Source: Octopus sinensis (lineage: Eukaryota). From it: a stretch of DNA of 64,000 nucleotides. The notes beneath the pieces are model-generated. The model saw only the letters and a program-made list of their open reading frames with translations. It was not told where the DNA came from and did no database searches. The position numbers and the translations under genes are program-made. This document shows, one piece after another, positions 25,639 to 38,012 of this stretch. Numbering within the stretch: the stretch's first letter is position 1; every line of letters begins with the position of its first letter. The DNA lies in assembly GCF_006345805.1 (NCBI RefSeq), contig NC_043004.1, forward strand, positions 98,580,001 to 98,644,000. Reading direction: 5' to 3'.

Positions 25639-25911
25639 CAGTGTACATTTAAACACATAAGGAATCCACTCTCGGGATTCAACACACTAAAAAGAACAGC
25701 TAGGTTCTATAACCATAAAATAAAGGATAAAATTCGACAGGAACGAAATGAAAAAATAAAAACATTTTACCATCTAATGGTAAAATGTTTTTATTTTATC
25801 ATTTCATTCCTGTCAAATTTTATCACTAATTTTGTGGTTATAGAACCTAGCTGTTCTTTTTAGTGTGTTGAATCCCGAGAGTGGATTCCTTATGTGTTTA
25901 AATGTACACTG
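25639..25911. mobile_element. Hairpin MITE (Tc1/mariner-like ends CAGTG...CACTG)
   Basis: ~135-bp arms with 3-nt loop at 25774-76; TA on left, CA on right. Confidence 0.8.
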
Positions 25912-25945
25912 CATTTTATATATATATATATGTGTGTGTGTGTGT

Positions 25946-27410
25946 GGAGAGAGAGAGAGTGAGAGTGAGAGAGAGTGACAGAAGCAATATTAATACCAAA
26001 AGGTAAAATATTCAATACTTAAAAGTAGATGTTTAATTAGAACACACAAACACTACGATATTATCCAAGATAGAAAAACTCTCATACAGTTTTGTGGTAC
26101 ATAAAAGCACATCGTAGTTATTGCCAGCTGCAAACAGTCACAGCTACTTCCATTACTAGATCACAATGCGCAATATACATATACTCAGCTAGACTCATAG
26201 TGATAGCAAACCTGAGAGGTAATCTGAAATGAAATAAAGACTAAGTACTTGCTCTTATTTAGAAGCTCTGAGTTACAAAACACCCTTTACTGGACCTAAA
26301 AACAGCTAAAGCTTTGCATGACAAAGAGACATGATGCTTCTGTGTGTATCACACAAACTAAGCAAGAATCTTTAACCACTGACTCAGGGTCTTGCAGTTT
26401 TTTAAAAAAATACTTCTATTATTCACTTTTACTTAGGCTTTTAGCATTCAGATTACTCTGTCAAAAGTAATGTTTATTTACTCACAGGAGCGGCTGTGTG
26501 GTAAGTAGCTTGCTTACCAACCACATAGTTCCAGATTCAGTCCCACTGTGTGGCACCTTGGGCAAGTGTCTTCTACTATAACCTCAGGCTGACCAAAGCC
26601 TTGTGAGTGGATTTAGTAGACGGAAACTGAAAAGAAGCCCATGGTATATATGTGTGAGTGTGTGTGTGTGTGTGGAGAGAGAGAGAGTGAGAGTGAGAGA
26701 GAGTGACAGAAGCAATATTAATACCAAAAGGTAAAATATTCAATACTTAAAAGTAGATGTTTAATTAGAACACACAAACACTACGATATTATCCAAGATA
26801 GAAAAACTCTCATACAGTTTTGTGGTACATAAAAGCACATCGTAGTTATTGCCAGCTGCAAACAGTCACAGCTACTTCCATTACTAGATCACAATGCGCA
26901 ATATACATATACTCAGCTAGACTCATAGTGATAGCAAACCTGAGAGGTAATCTGAAATGAAATAAAGACTAAGTACTTGCTCTTATTTAGAAGCTCTGAG
27001 TTACAAAACACCCTTTACTGGACCTAAAAACAGCTAAAGCTTTGCATGACAAAGAGACATGATGCTTCTGTGTGTATCACACAAACTAAGCAAGAATCTT
27101 TAACCACTGACTCAAGGTCTTGCAGTTTTTTCAGTTTATAAAAAAATACTTCTATTATTCACTTTTGCTTAGGCTTTTAGCATTCAGATTACTCTGTCAA
27201 AAGTAATGTTTATTTACTCACAGGAGCGGCTGTGTGGTAAGTAGCTTGCTTACCAACCACATAGTTCCAGATTCAGTCCCACTGTGTGGCACCTTGGGCA
27301 AGTGTCTTCTACTATAACCTCAGGCTGACCAAAGCCTTGTGAGTGGATTTAGTAGACGGAAACTGAAAAGAAGCCCATGGTATATATGTGTGAGTGTGTG
27401 TGTGTGTGTA
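25946..27410 (+). repeat. Near-identical direct tandem duplication, period 728 bp
   Basis: 25946-26673 repeated at 26674-27410; two substitutions and one small indel seen; breakpoints in (TG)n. Confidence 0.95.
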
Positions 27411-27599
27411 TGTGTCTGTGTTTTCCCCCCAATATCTCATGACAACCAATGCTGGTGTGTTTATGTCCCCGTATCTTAGCGGTTCAGCAAAAGAGACCGA
27501 TAGAATAAGCAGTAGGCTTACAAAGAATAAGTCCTGGAGTCGATTTGCTTGACTAAAGGTGGTGCTCCAGCATGGCCTCAGTAAAATGGCTGAAACAAG
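27221..27599 (+). mobile_element. SINE family 1 (5' half also duplicated at 26485-26672)
   Basis: Head CAGGAGCGGCTGTGTGG, complete 3' half. Confidence 0.85.
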
Positions 27600-28564
27600 A
27601 TCTGTGGTCTGATTTGGCAATTGTTTCTACAGTTTGATGTCCTTCCTTGTATCAACCAGATCGTAGTAGGTGCTTTTTATGAGGCATAATCACCACTATG
27701 TTTTACATTGCATCATCACCAATTCTTTACATTGCACCATCACCAATAAAAGAATAAAAATAGTTTTGAATCCATCATGCATATCTCATAACTTCAAGCT
27801 TTCAGTGATGTGATTCTTTGCTTTTAGAATGACTATGAAAGGTAGCAGTGAGGGGACCAGTTCCGATTTGTGTAAACGAAGAACAGGTAGAATATTTTGA
27901 CCAAATATGGCTGATTTAATTACTAAAGGGGTTAATTGTGCCCTTATATATATATATATATATATATACACATTTGCTCATTTACAATTCTATTCACTGA
28001 TCTACTTACTTAATACATTATTAATGAATATTGATAATAAACAATGACTGCAGAGAAACAGATGATGAAGATGATAAATACATCAGTAATTTAATAATGT
28101 AAATAAACAACGCGTAATACCAAGTAAATAACAAACAGTAATAAGTAAATACTAAAAGGTACTGCGTAAACAACAAACAACATTATGTAAACTAGAATAA
28201 TATATAGATGAACAAAATACTAAATATTCCCCAAAGAGTAAACAACGACAAAACTAAAACAATATGAAAACAACAAAAAGGTAAAGAATTTAGTGAGAGC
28301 AAGATCTTAAACAGTGGTTGATGAAATAAAAATATATACTAGTGAATCTACACACGTGTTGACATATACATGCACACACACACAAACACACACACACACA
28401 CACATATATATATACATCAGACTGTGTGTGGGTGGTTTAAATGTAGACAAAAAAATAAATGAGTAAAATAGGTAAATATACATAAACGTACAAAACCAAA
28501 CGAAAATGGATAAAAAAAAAATACAGGATAAAAGCACCGACTGATGCAACGCTTTTGAAAGTGA

Positions 28565-28716
28565 GGAGGATGATGTCAGTGGTCATGGTAAAGATGAGGA
28601 GAATGATGATGATGATGATGACGATGATGATGATGCTGATGATGACAATGATGCTACAAGAGCCACTGCTGCTGATGATGATGATGATGGTGATGACAAT
28701 GCCAATAAGAATGACA

Positions 28717-28762
<46 letters not shown>

Positions 28763-29220
28763 CAATGATGCTACCAGAGCCACTGCTGCTGCTGATGATG
28801 ATGACGATGATGATGATGGTGATGACAATGATGATAACAATGACAATGATAATGATAATGATGATGATGATGATGATGATGACAATGTTGACAATGATGG
28901 TGAGAACTATGATGATGATGATGATGACAATCTTGACAATGATGGTGAGAACTATGATGATGATGATGATGATGATGATAATGATGATGATGATGATGAT
29001 GACAATGATGCTACCAGAGCTACTGCTGCTGCTGATGATGATGACGATGATGATGATGGTGATGACAATGATGATAACAATGACAATGATAATGATAATG
29101 ATGATGATGATGATGATGATGACAATCTTGACAATGATGGTGAGAACTATGATGATGATGATGATGATGATGATAATAATGATGACGATGATGATGACGA
29201 TGATGATGACGATGATAAAT
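28565..29220. repeat. Complex (GAT)n minisatellite with 240-bp higher-order repeat
   Basis: GACAATGATGCTACCAGAGC at 28761 and 29001, variant near 28643. Confidence 0.92.
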
Positions 29221-29837
29221 AAACTCAAGTAAACAATAGCAGTGTTTGTAAAAAAAAAAGCAAAAAGAAAAAGACAGTCAGACATTTTACAGCTAGATCT
29301 TTCCGTGCTCTAGTAGAAACATCCGTGGAAACATTACACTTGGTTCGTTGAATATCCTGTCATTGTTGTTGAACAAATTATCTAGTGCTTTAGCAGCCAT
29401 GATTGTTTACTTGTGAACTGTATTAAAGTGGGAAGGTTAGGATGGGAGGAGGAGAAAGTTCAATGTCATCGTTGTCGTCCTCATCATCATCTCCAGTAGT
29501 TGAGTAAGGAAGGCAGACAAGCATTCTGTATCGAGTGTCTAAGTGTTGAAATTTATATGCTTGAGACTGTTCTGCGTTGTCTAAACACTATAATATTATA
29601 CTGAAACATATATAGCCTTTTGTCTTTTATCTGTTATGTGTTTCAGTTTGCTGGACTGCGGCCATGCTGGAGTGCATTCTAGAATTTTGTTTTTTTTTCT
29701 TCTTGTTGAACAAATTGCCCCCCCCCCCCGGTATTTATTTGTCAGTCTGGCACTTGAAAAGCAATCTATTTCGTCAAACCGTTAAGTCGTGGGGATGTTA
29801 TCTAACAGGCACCAGTGGAGGACAAATACAGTACAAA

Positions 29838-29889
<52 letters not shown>

Positions 29890-30362
29890 ATGGACAACTT
29901 TCAATTTCTGTCTAGCAAATCCACTGACAAGGTTTTTGGTTGGTCTATGGCTATAGTAAGAGACACTAGCTCAAGGTGCCATGCAACGGGACTGAACCCA
30001 AGACCACATTGTTGAGTACTAAACTTCATGACCACACAGCCATACAGCCACACCTTTGCTTCTGTTTTATTCTATTGTCTTACATTGCCTTAAACGCTAA
30101 ACCATGAACAAAAGAAACATCCATGACCTTTTACAAGGATTTTGAAATTGGTTATGGAGAGGAAGGAATGTAATCTCCTGCTAGAAACCAGACCGGAATG
30201 CTTGCAAAAGAGTAGACGCTGCTAAATATAGCAAAGGACTGGACTTGTGATAGATTAAGTCTTCAAGTAGAGAATATTAAAAACAGAAGAATGTGAAGGA
30301 ATGACTGGTGGTTCATGAAGGAAAATAGTAAATACAAAATGCTTGCAAAAGGATCAGAATTA

Positions 30363-30707
30363 TTAACCACTATGCCATATACCCACGGGCATATGGCGTA
30401 GTGGTTAAGAGCACGGGCTACTAACCCCAAGATTCCAAGTTCGATTCCAAGCAGTGACCTGAACAACAACAATAATAATAATAATAATAATAATAATGAT
30501 GATGATGATGATGATGATAAGAAGAAGAAGAAGAACAACAACAACAACATTGAAAAATACCTTAGGAATGAGAATCCAGGTTCTAAATTTCCCCATGACA
30601 CCTGAAGAAGGCTGGAGGGTATACCAGCTGAAACATTGTGTTAACAACAAACAAGATGAGGACAAATATCTGTTGAATGTGAATAATGCAAATAATGTAA
30701 ATTCTGG
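30363..30707 (+). mobile_element. tRNA-headed SINE-like element with Penelope-type hammerhead tail and 5' snap-back duplication
   Basis: A-box 30394-30404, B-box 30438-30448, trinucleotide tract, HHR 30597-30642; 22-bp inverted duplication 30363-30408. Confidence 0.75.
30597..30642 (+). ncRNA. Minimal type I hammerhead motif
   Basis: GACAC-CUGAAGA-A-GGCUGG/CCAGCU-GAAA-CAU-U-GUGUU; stem III has a G-to-A change from the ACGU palindrome. Confidence 0.7.
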
Positions 30708-30829
30708 GTAATGTTGTCCATCAAAGGATTCTTCCTCAAATGGAAGTATTCTCCTTTACTTTGTGGCAAGGTGAAATATTTTATTTGACTTGGTATGAGG
30801 GTGGAAGGTACCCAAAAGAAACAGGAATT

Positions 30830-31347
30830 TTGCAATATTATTTTATTCACTTAGCTTTACATGTTTACACTTTTATCACCTTTAAAATATTCTCCATTTG
30901 AAGCAATGTTTTAGTCCAGGTGCATTTTCCACTATTCGAAGCAGTGCTGGAACTCTTGCTAAGTCATACCATTTAATGTCTCCGTCATGTTTGTCTTCAC
31001 TTCTTCCACACCTGCAAATTTCATAGCACCAGCTTTTGTCACCAGTGGATCTGGACCTTCACAAAAAGGTCCAGACCAAATTTGAACAGTTCTTTAAGTT
31101 CACACCTTGTATTCAGTCATGACTGCTTTTAATCTTCTGTGAGCAAGCGAGGCACAAATTTTGCTGCCACTCCCTTCATTCACAATTCCTTACTCAAAAT
31201 TCGTTTTCAGGTGTTCCAGGACTCACCAGTCCTCTGTTAACAAGTTCGTCAATTGTTTAGTAATCGTCCTCCATGATCAGTTCATGAATTTTGATGATGT
31301 TTTCATTCATTCAGGAGGTTGACTGTTGTCCTGAGTGAGGTTGGTCT
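30830..31347 (-). mobile_element. Internally deleted mariner remnant
   Basis: Decayed D.PHSGQ.STS..ENI.KI.ELI.ED...TIDEL (HTH region) and C-terminal ASNGEYFKGDK. Confidence 0.7.
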
Positions 31348-31351
31348 TTAA

Positions 31352-31573
31352 TCCTTTAGTGTTCAGATTATTCTGTCAAATATGATGTTTGTTTATTTTA
31401 AATGGTTTGAATTAATCCTGCATTATCTTGTAGTTTAGAGATTTCAGTAATGTGATTTTTTTGAGTTTTAGAATAACATGGTAGGGCTGAGGTGAGAGGC
31501 GAGATCTGGTCAGTTTCAATATAAAACAGGTTAAATATTTTGGCCAGATATGGCCAGTTTGAATGCTAAAGGG
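31352..31573. mobile_element. piggyBac-like MITE
   Basis: TTAA-TCCTTTAG ... CTAAAGGG-TTAA; related right end near 27930. Confidence 0.75.
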
Positions 31574-31939
31574 TTAAGCGATAACTGACCATTCCTAGAG
31601 TGTGGAAACCACTCATAAACATTTGTTTCGTCCATGGTAACTTCCTTGTAAGCTGTCTGAAGCATGACAACTGTTTTGGCTGCTGTTTTCTCCAGCAAAA
31701 ATCAACGGTCAGGGGAGAAGCACTGCCAAACAAAGATGCATCACATGGCAGAACGACTTCACCCGTTGACGCTGATCAGCAGACTGATGCCTGAGTGTCA
31801 CATCAAGTGGCTTCTAATAGCAGAATCCTGAACTACAATGGGTTTGTCCCACAGAGAACGTTTCCAGTTAATTTTGGGTATCCCTCATATTCTATAGAAT
31901 AGTAACGTATATTATACTATACTGGTCTATATTGTCCCA

Positions 31940-32400
31940 AATTTAAGTATACTATACAGAACTATGTTGTACCATTCTTTTATATAGTATGCTATATATT
32001 TAACCATAATGCATTATTCCATACTGCAGTATACTATTCTGTACTGTATAATACCATCTATAGCATACTATACTATACTATACTAAACTATACTATGCTA
32101 TCTATACTATACTATGATATTTATACTATATTTTAATATACTATACTATCTATATTATACCTTACTATACTATCTATACTATAGTATGCTATCTATACTA
32201 TACTATCTACACTATACTATACAATCTATATTATAGTTTACTATACTATGCTATACTATCTATACTATACTATGCTATCTATACTATATTATATTATACT
32301 ATACTTTACAATACTATCTATACTATACAATCTATATTATTCTTTACTATACTATCTATACTATACTATACTATACTAAAATATACTATATATCCTATGC
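31940..32400. repeat. Degenerate (CTATA)n pentanucleotide repeat
   Basis: Direct reading. Confidence 0.9.
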
Positions 32401-33680
32401 CATATATAGCATAGATGGCCTGGTTACTAGAATACCAGAAAATTGAATGAAATGTTGGGAATTTTTGTCTCTCGACTGAAAATTTTATTCATGGCCAAAA
32501 TTATTGATTCTCCAGCATAGCTGAAAGCAGGTGTCACAAAGTAGGCACAACTTTCAATGAGAGATCAATTGTTTCTACCCACTGATATCTATTTTCTAAG
32601 TGGATTGAGTCATTAGAAAACAGAATGGAAAATACTGATTTTAATTCCTTTTGTGAAAACTGGGGAAACCACTGTAGAATTAGACTTTGTCAAAACTCAC
32701 CCAAATATATTTGGATGGCTTGCTATTGTGGATTTGGGCCCTGACTCAAATTATGACGTTTTTGTCACTCCTTGAGAAGAGAGAACAGTGTCCTTGGCCT
32801 TTTTTTAGGGTGTCAGAGAATTACGAAAGGGGAAGAGTGGGGTGCTCTAAAGTTAAAGCTGCTTTGAATGCATACATGAGAGTGGATTCTGCTAAAGGTA
32901 CATCAATATCAAGTGGTTGTTTTAAACCAGGAAATGGATTGTCTCAGACCTAACAAAATATATGGGATAGAATTATGAGGGGTAAGTAAAATTGTTAAGA
33001 TCCAAGTAGTGGATGCCTAAACCTGATAAATTTTACTGACTGGTGATATTTTCTTCAGCCACTGTGGAGGAGACAGTGGTTCCTAGCAGACAACTTTTTC
33101 CTAGTTCCCTGTATCAAGTTCCATTTCTTTCTGCTGATTGAATCTACTGTGTAGCAGGTTTATAATATCATGAGCAGTTGCACATACTCACCAATACCTA
33201 ACACAGCCTAAACCCCTTTCACATTTTATAATGTTACACTTGGGACAAGGGAACCTCAATATGCTAGCTTCATTAAGTATTAAATGATGCATGCAAAAAC
33301 TTCTCAATTAATTGAAGGTTGCCTTTTATCTGGGGATAGAAAGTAAAAAGGAAAAGGAAATCTAATGGTTGTTTTTACAGATGCACAAAAAAGAAATTAT
33401 GGATAAATTTCACAAAATGAATTTACTTAAGAGAAAATGACTATACGTAAGAAAAACTCTTTCAATTTCCTTTGGTGTCCATGTCTCACATGCATACAGA
33501 AATATTATGATCACCAGTGATCTCATTAGCTTGTTTGGAACTCAGTGAGATATTTCTGTCTTTCTACAATGTTATGAATTTGGTCATTGCTGTGGTTGTT
33601 TTGGCAATGCAGGACATCACTTTAGGCTTGGAACCTTGGTCACTCACTATCAACTCACGATACATTCTCAAATATAGGTT

Positions 33681-34100
33681 ACTCTTTTACCTGTTTCTGT
33701 CATTTTGGCTGTAGCCATGCTGGAGCACCGCCTTTTAGTCGAGCAAATCGACCCCAGGACTTATTCTTTGTAAGCCTAGTACTTATTCTATCCGTCTTTT
33801 TTGCCGAACCACTATGTTACGGGGACGTAAACACGCCAGCATCGGTTGTCAAGTGATGTTAGGGGGACAAACACTGACACACAAACATATAGACACACAC
33901 ACACACACACATATATACACACACACACACATATACATATATACGATGGGCTTCTTTCAGTTTCTGTCTACCAAATCCACTCACAAGACTTTGGTTGGCC
34001 CGAGGCTATAGTAGAAGACACTTGGCCAAGGTGCCACGCAGTGGGACTGAATCTGGAACCATGTGGCTGGTAAGCAAGCTACTTACCACACAGCCACTCC
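33681..34100 (-). mobile_element. SINE family 1, full length
   Basis: Matches 1391-1788. Confidence 0.9.
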
Positions 34101-34171
34101 ATGTTGTAAAATGTGTCCTTCCTTTCTTAGGATACAAAGCATGCTCTCGGATAAATATTCCTGCAACTTAC

Positions 34172-34236
34172 AAGTACATCAGTTTGAGTAATAGCATAGA
34201 GGCTCTGTCTTTGGTTAGCCGCTATACCTTCATTTA
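34172..34236 (-). CDS. Candidate host exon (NEGIAANQRQSLYAITQTDVL)
   Basis: Strong acceptor tgcttcttcatctttttcag, donor CTT|gtaagt; 65 nt, single open frame, phase 1 to 0. Confidence 0.55.
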
Positions 34237-34558
34237 CTGAAAAAGATGAAGAAGCATACTTAACAAAATGACTTATTGAGGATATGTAATAATGGACAAG
34301 AGATTTACATGCTTGCAACGATGTGTCCAAAATGCCTTAAAATGGAATGTAGGAACTATGAGGATTTTTAGGTCACTGGTGTGTGGTCAGAAATGATAAG
34401 CTGCAATGGGGATTGTCTTGTGAGCTTCAGTGGAACAATTCTAGGTGAATTTTCTGTGAGGAGCACTAGGTACGTACATCTTGAAAAATTATAGGAATTT
34501 TGGTAAATGAAGCACACAAATATCTATGTATAGTGTATTTGTTTGTTTGTGTGTGTGT

Positions 34559-34760
34559 GTACTTACTTGTACTTGTGAGGGCATTCACCCAGGGCAGGTT
34601 GATCCGGCTTCTTCTCTGGTCCAGACGGCATCACGAACCATGGCATCCTACGCTCAATGGTCCTGTGCGAGGTCACTGGAGATAGCGAGCCATTCGCGGT
34701 TCCATCCGTGCAGACCGACCACCTGCAGACCTGAGAGTTTCGGAGAAGTCCTCCTTTACC
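34559..34760 (-). mobile_element. RTE-clade LINE 3' end fragment
   Basis: SDLAQDH..DAMVRDAV..REEAGSTCPG*MPSQ followed by (CAAGTA)n tail. Confidence 0.75.
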
Positions 34761-35027
34761 GTGTGTGTGTGTGTGTGTAAACACTGAAACTGATAGACAC
34801 AATAACGAAAACATCAATATCATATTCTCTATAAAAACACTGCAACAAAGAAGAAATAGATCATCGTCATCATCATCATCATCATCTTTATCATCATCAA
34901 CGACCTGCTTAATTAATGTTGCTGATCCATTGCAGTCAACACCTGTGCCACACAAGAGAAATGCACAATCAAACAGCTCAACAAATATGATCAACAATAG
35001 TACATGTGGGTTTTGTAGTGTCGTATA

Positions 35028-35051
35028 TCATCATCCTCATCATCCTCATCC

Positions 35052-35090
<39 letters not shown>

Positions 35091-35141
35091 CCACCACCAT
35101 CACCACCATCATCATCATCATCATCATCATCGTCGTCGTCG

Positions 35142-35177
<36 letters not shown>

Positions 35178-35200
35178 CCACCACCATCATTGTCACCATC
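35028..35200. repeat. (CAT)n/(CAC)n trinucleotide tract
   Basis: Direct reading; source of the poly-His/Met/Ile ORFs. Confidence 0.95.
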
Positions 35201-36399
35201 ATCTCAAAAGTTGCATACTTTTTCTTTCTTTTCACTGCCTTTCCTCCCACGCCATAAATATTATAAATATTTGTTGTATTATAATATATTCTGTTTCATC
35301 TAGTTCGGTATTTTTATCACTAAATATAATAGGAAGTGGCCCTATTAAGACATCTATGCAATTATATTTATATGTATTTATCTGTGTGTTTTTGCATGTG
35401 TGAGTGTGTGTGTATGTGTGGATGGTTGGTGTGTATGTATATGTGCATGTGTGTGTATGCACATGTATGTGTGTGAGTGTGTGTGCATGTGTGTGTATAC
35501 ATTAAACATATTTATATCCTATTTTCTTTGGCTATTTTTTTTATAAAATAAACTTGTTTTTAATCATTAATTAATGTATAAAACACACATGCCTCCACCC
35601 ATATTCATCTGAGTGTGAGTACACACACACACGCATGCACACACATACGCACCTACACACACACACACATACACACACAAAATTATTCAAAAGTGATATC
35701 GTTTTTCAGCTATCAATTTGTACCATATTACATTTTTTTAATTCAAAACAAAATAGAAAAAAGTATACATAAAAAAAAAAGCAAAAAATTGAAATAATAA
35801 TAAAGTTACTCTCAGATTCTTCTCCTTGTCTTCTTTTCTCTCCACTAACAACACAAAGAACAACCCTAACCAGCCACCCATTATATGTCAGTGACAGTAT
35901 ACACACACATACACACACATTTTCATATGATTATCATATACATACAGACTTAGATATAGGATGTCACATATAATGTCACACACACCCATATAGCGAAAAA
36001 CTCTGATAGTAAGCCGTCTGGAGAAGACAATAAAAGTCATCTTTAGCTTTTGTTTTCCCTTCCACACACATTAACAGCATATTAAAATGCCAAAATGAAT
36101 TACAATATATAGCAGCACTGGTTCAATAGACTCGTTTTATCGGAGATATCTATTAAACTAAGCTAATGTGTTACTTGTGGACTGAGCCGAAAAAATTAAT
36201 TGTCATTTGTCATCCAATAATGGCCAGATACTTTCTGAGTTCTGTCTAAAACGGAAGAAAGAACCGCACCCCGAACACCTTTATAATCAACATAAAATTA
36301 TTTTTGTATTTTTTTTTTTAAAAAAAAGAGTCAAAAAAGAACATTGCCTGAAAATTGAAATGTCCTCAAAGAACATAAACAAAAATTGAAAAGAATTAC

Positions 36400-36474
36400 T
36401 CTCTTCCAGAATAAATCTTAGAACAAATAAACAATGAGAACAGTCTCCATCATCACCACCACCACCAGAATATT
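36400..36474 (-). CDS. Candidate exon (YSGGGGDDGDCSHCLFVLRFILEE)
   Basis: Acceptor ttttactgttgtctctag, donor AGA|gtaatt; 75 nt, phase 1 to 1, in frame with the 34172 exon; partly simple-repeat-like. Confidence 0.33.
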
Positions 36475-37127
36475 CTAGAGACAACAGTAAAAACAACAAA
36501 TGCAAAACAATATAATCTGAAATACAAATTTTATTTTGTGTGCACACTCGTGTGTGTGTGTGCATGTGTATGCATGTAATCTTGTATAATGAAGACTTAT
36601 AGTTAGCTTCCTTCATAGGATAAATGACAAGTCACAGATTTTGATTTTTGATTCAAGCATCGTTACTTAATACATTGCATTGAGTTCATGTCTTGTGACG
36701 TTTTATTTCTCAACAGACTGCATGAATTAGCTGTGTATGTATTTAAGCGTAAAGCAGTTTGAAGTTATCTGTAATATCTATGTATGTGTGTATGTGTGTG
36801 TGCATGCATCCAGACACATACATATGCATATATGTATGTATGTATATATGTATGTATGCATGTATGTATGTATGTATGTTGTATGTATGTATGTATGTAT
36901 GTATGTATATAAATACACACACAATATATATATATATATATATAAAGAAATATTTTACCATTAATTTACCTTTACCCATTTAATACAATAAGCAAGTTTA
37001 TTGCATTTAATAATTTTGGTATTATACCAACAGTATATTGGATAAGTATTATCCCTTAGTGGGTTGGATTCACAAGCCCTAACTTACCTGGTGGTATATA
37101 TATAATTTATATATATGTATATGTATG

Positions 37128-37196
<69 letters not shown>

Positions 37197-37241
37197 TCTT
37201 TCTTTTACTTGTTTCAGTGATTTGACTGTGGCCATGCTGGA

Positions 37242-37341
37242 ACACCTGTTGTAATTTAGACTCCATCTAAGAATATCTGAAGAAGGAATATTATTCCGAA
37301 ATATCATATCAGACTACGGATGACTAAATTACAACAGGTGT
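37242..37341 (+). ncRNA. Intact minimal hammerhead (37273-37309) framed by an 18-bp inverted repeat
   Basis: AUAU-CUGAAGA-A-GGAAU/AUUCC-GAAA-UAU-C-AUAU; ACACCTGTTGTAATTTAG at 37242-59 and its reverse complement at 37324-41. Confidence 0.8.
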
Positions 37342-37804
37342 ATAGCCCATTGTTTGTATTATAGTGCATTGTACCATTCAAAACTTTTTATTCTTTACAA
37401 ACAATACACAATGCTTCAAGCAAACTACAATATTATTTGCCTTAAGAGATCCTCTCTTATTGGCACTTATTGCATAAAAGCACATGCATAGAATATAATA
37501 GATGCGAAACCTTTGTCATAGCCACCAGAATTCCCATATCACATGATTTTGTTTTACTGAAAATCATCCGTGGAAGGTGTCCAATTAGTGCATACCAGTC
37601 AAACCTATATAGGAATTTCAGTGCCACTGACAAACAGTTCTTGTTTGCTACGATTTATGTGTGTGTTTTTAAGCACCAAGCAGCTATATGAGAGGTTCTC
37701 TGAAGGCTAATAACATAGTATTTAGCATTCTAACAAGGCATCAATGTGAAGTAGGATATTAAGATTACTTTTTGACAGTAATATTGCTTTCGTCACTAAT
37801 AACT

Positions 37805-38012
37805 GACTTTAAATTTTGGCACAAGGCCAATAAGTTCAAGGGAGGTGGTAAGTCGATTACATCAACCCCAGCACACAGCTGGTACATATTTTATCAATCT
37901 TGAAAGGATGAAAGACAAAGTCGATCTTGGCAGAATTTGAACAAAGAACATAGAGACATGAAACGGTGCTAAGCCTTTTGCTCAGCATGTTAATAATTCT
38001 GCCAGCTCGTTG
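37805..38012 (-). mobile_element. SINE family 2, degenerate
   Basis: Similarity to 817-1051. Confidence 0.75.

Noticed and set aside
28555-29232. 225-aa poly-Met and 282-aa poly-Ile ORFs
   Set aside because: Alternative frames of a (GAT)n repeat.
30387-30460. tRNA gene
   Set aside because: A and B boxes are present but the acceptor stem and 3' end are missing and it runs into a microsatellite; it is a SINE head.
33191-33329. Excellent minus-strand acceptor and a GTGAGT donor
   Set aside because: All three frames contain stops between them (best: IKGNLQLIEKFLHASFNT*). It could be a terminal or non-coding exon but is unsupported.
34526-34780. GC-rich ORFs suggesting a host exon
   Set aside because: The sequence is the 3' end of an RTE LINE with a (CAAGTA)n tail.
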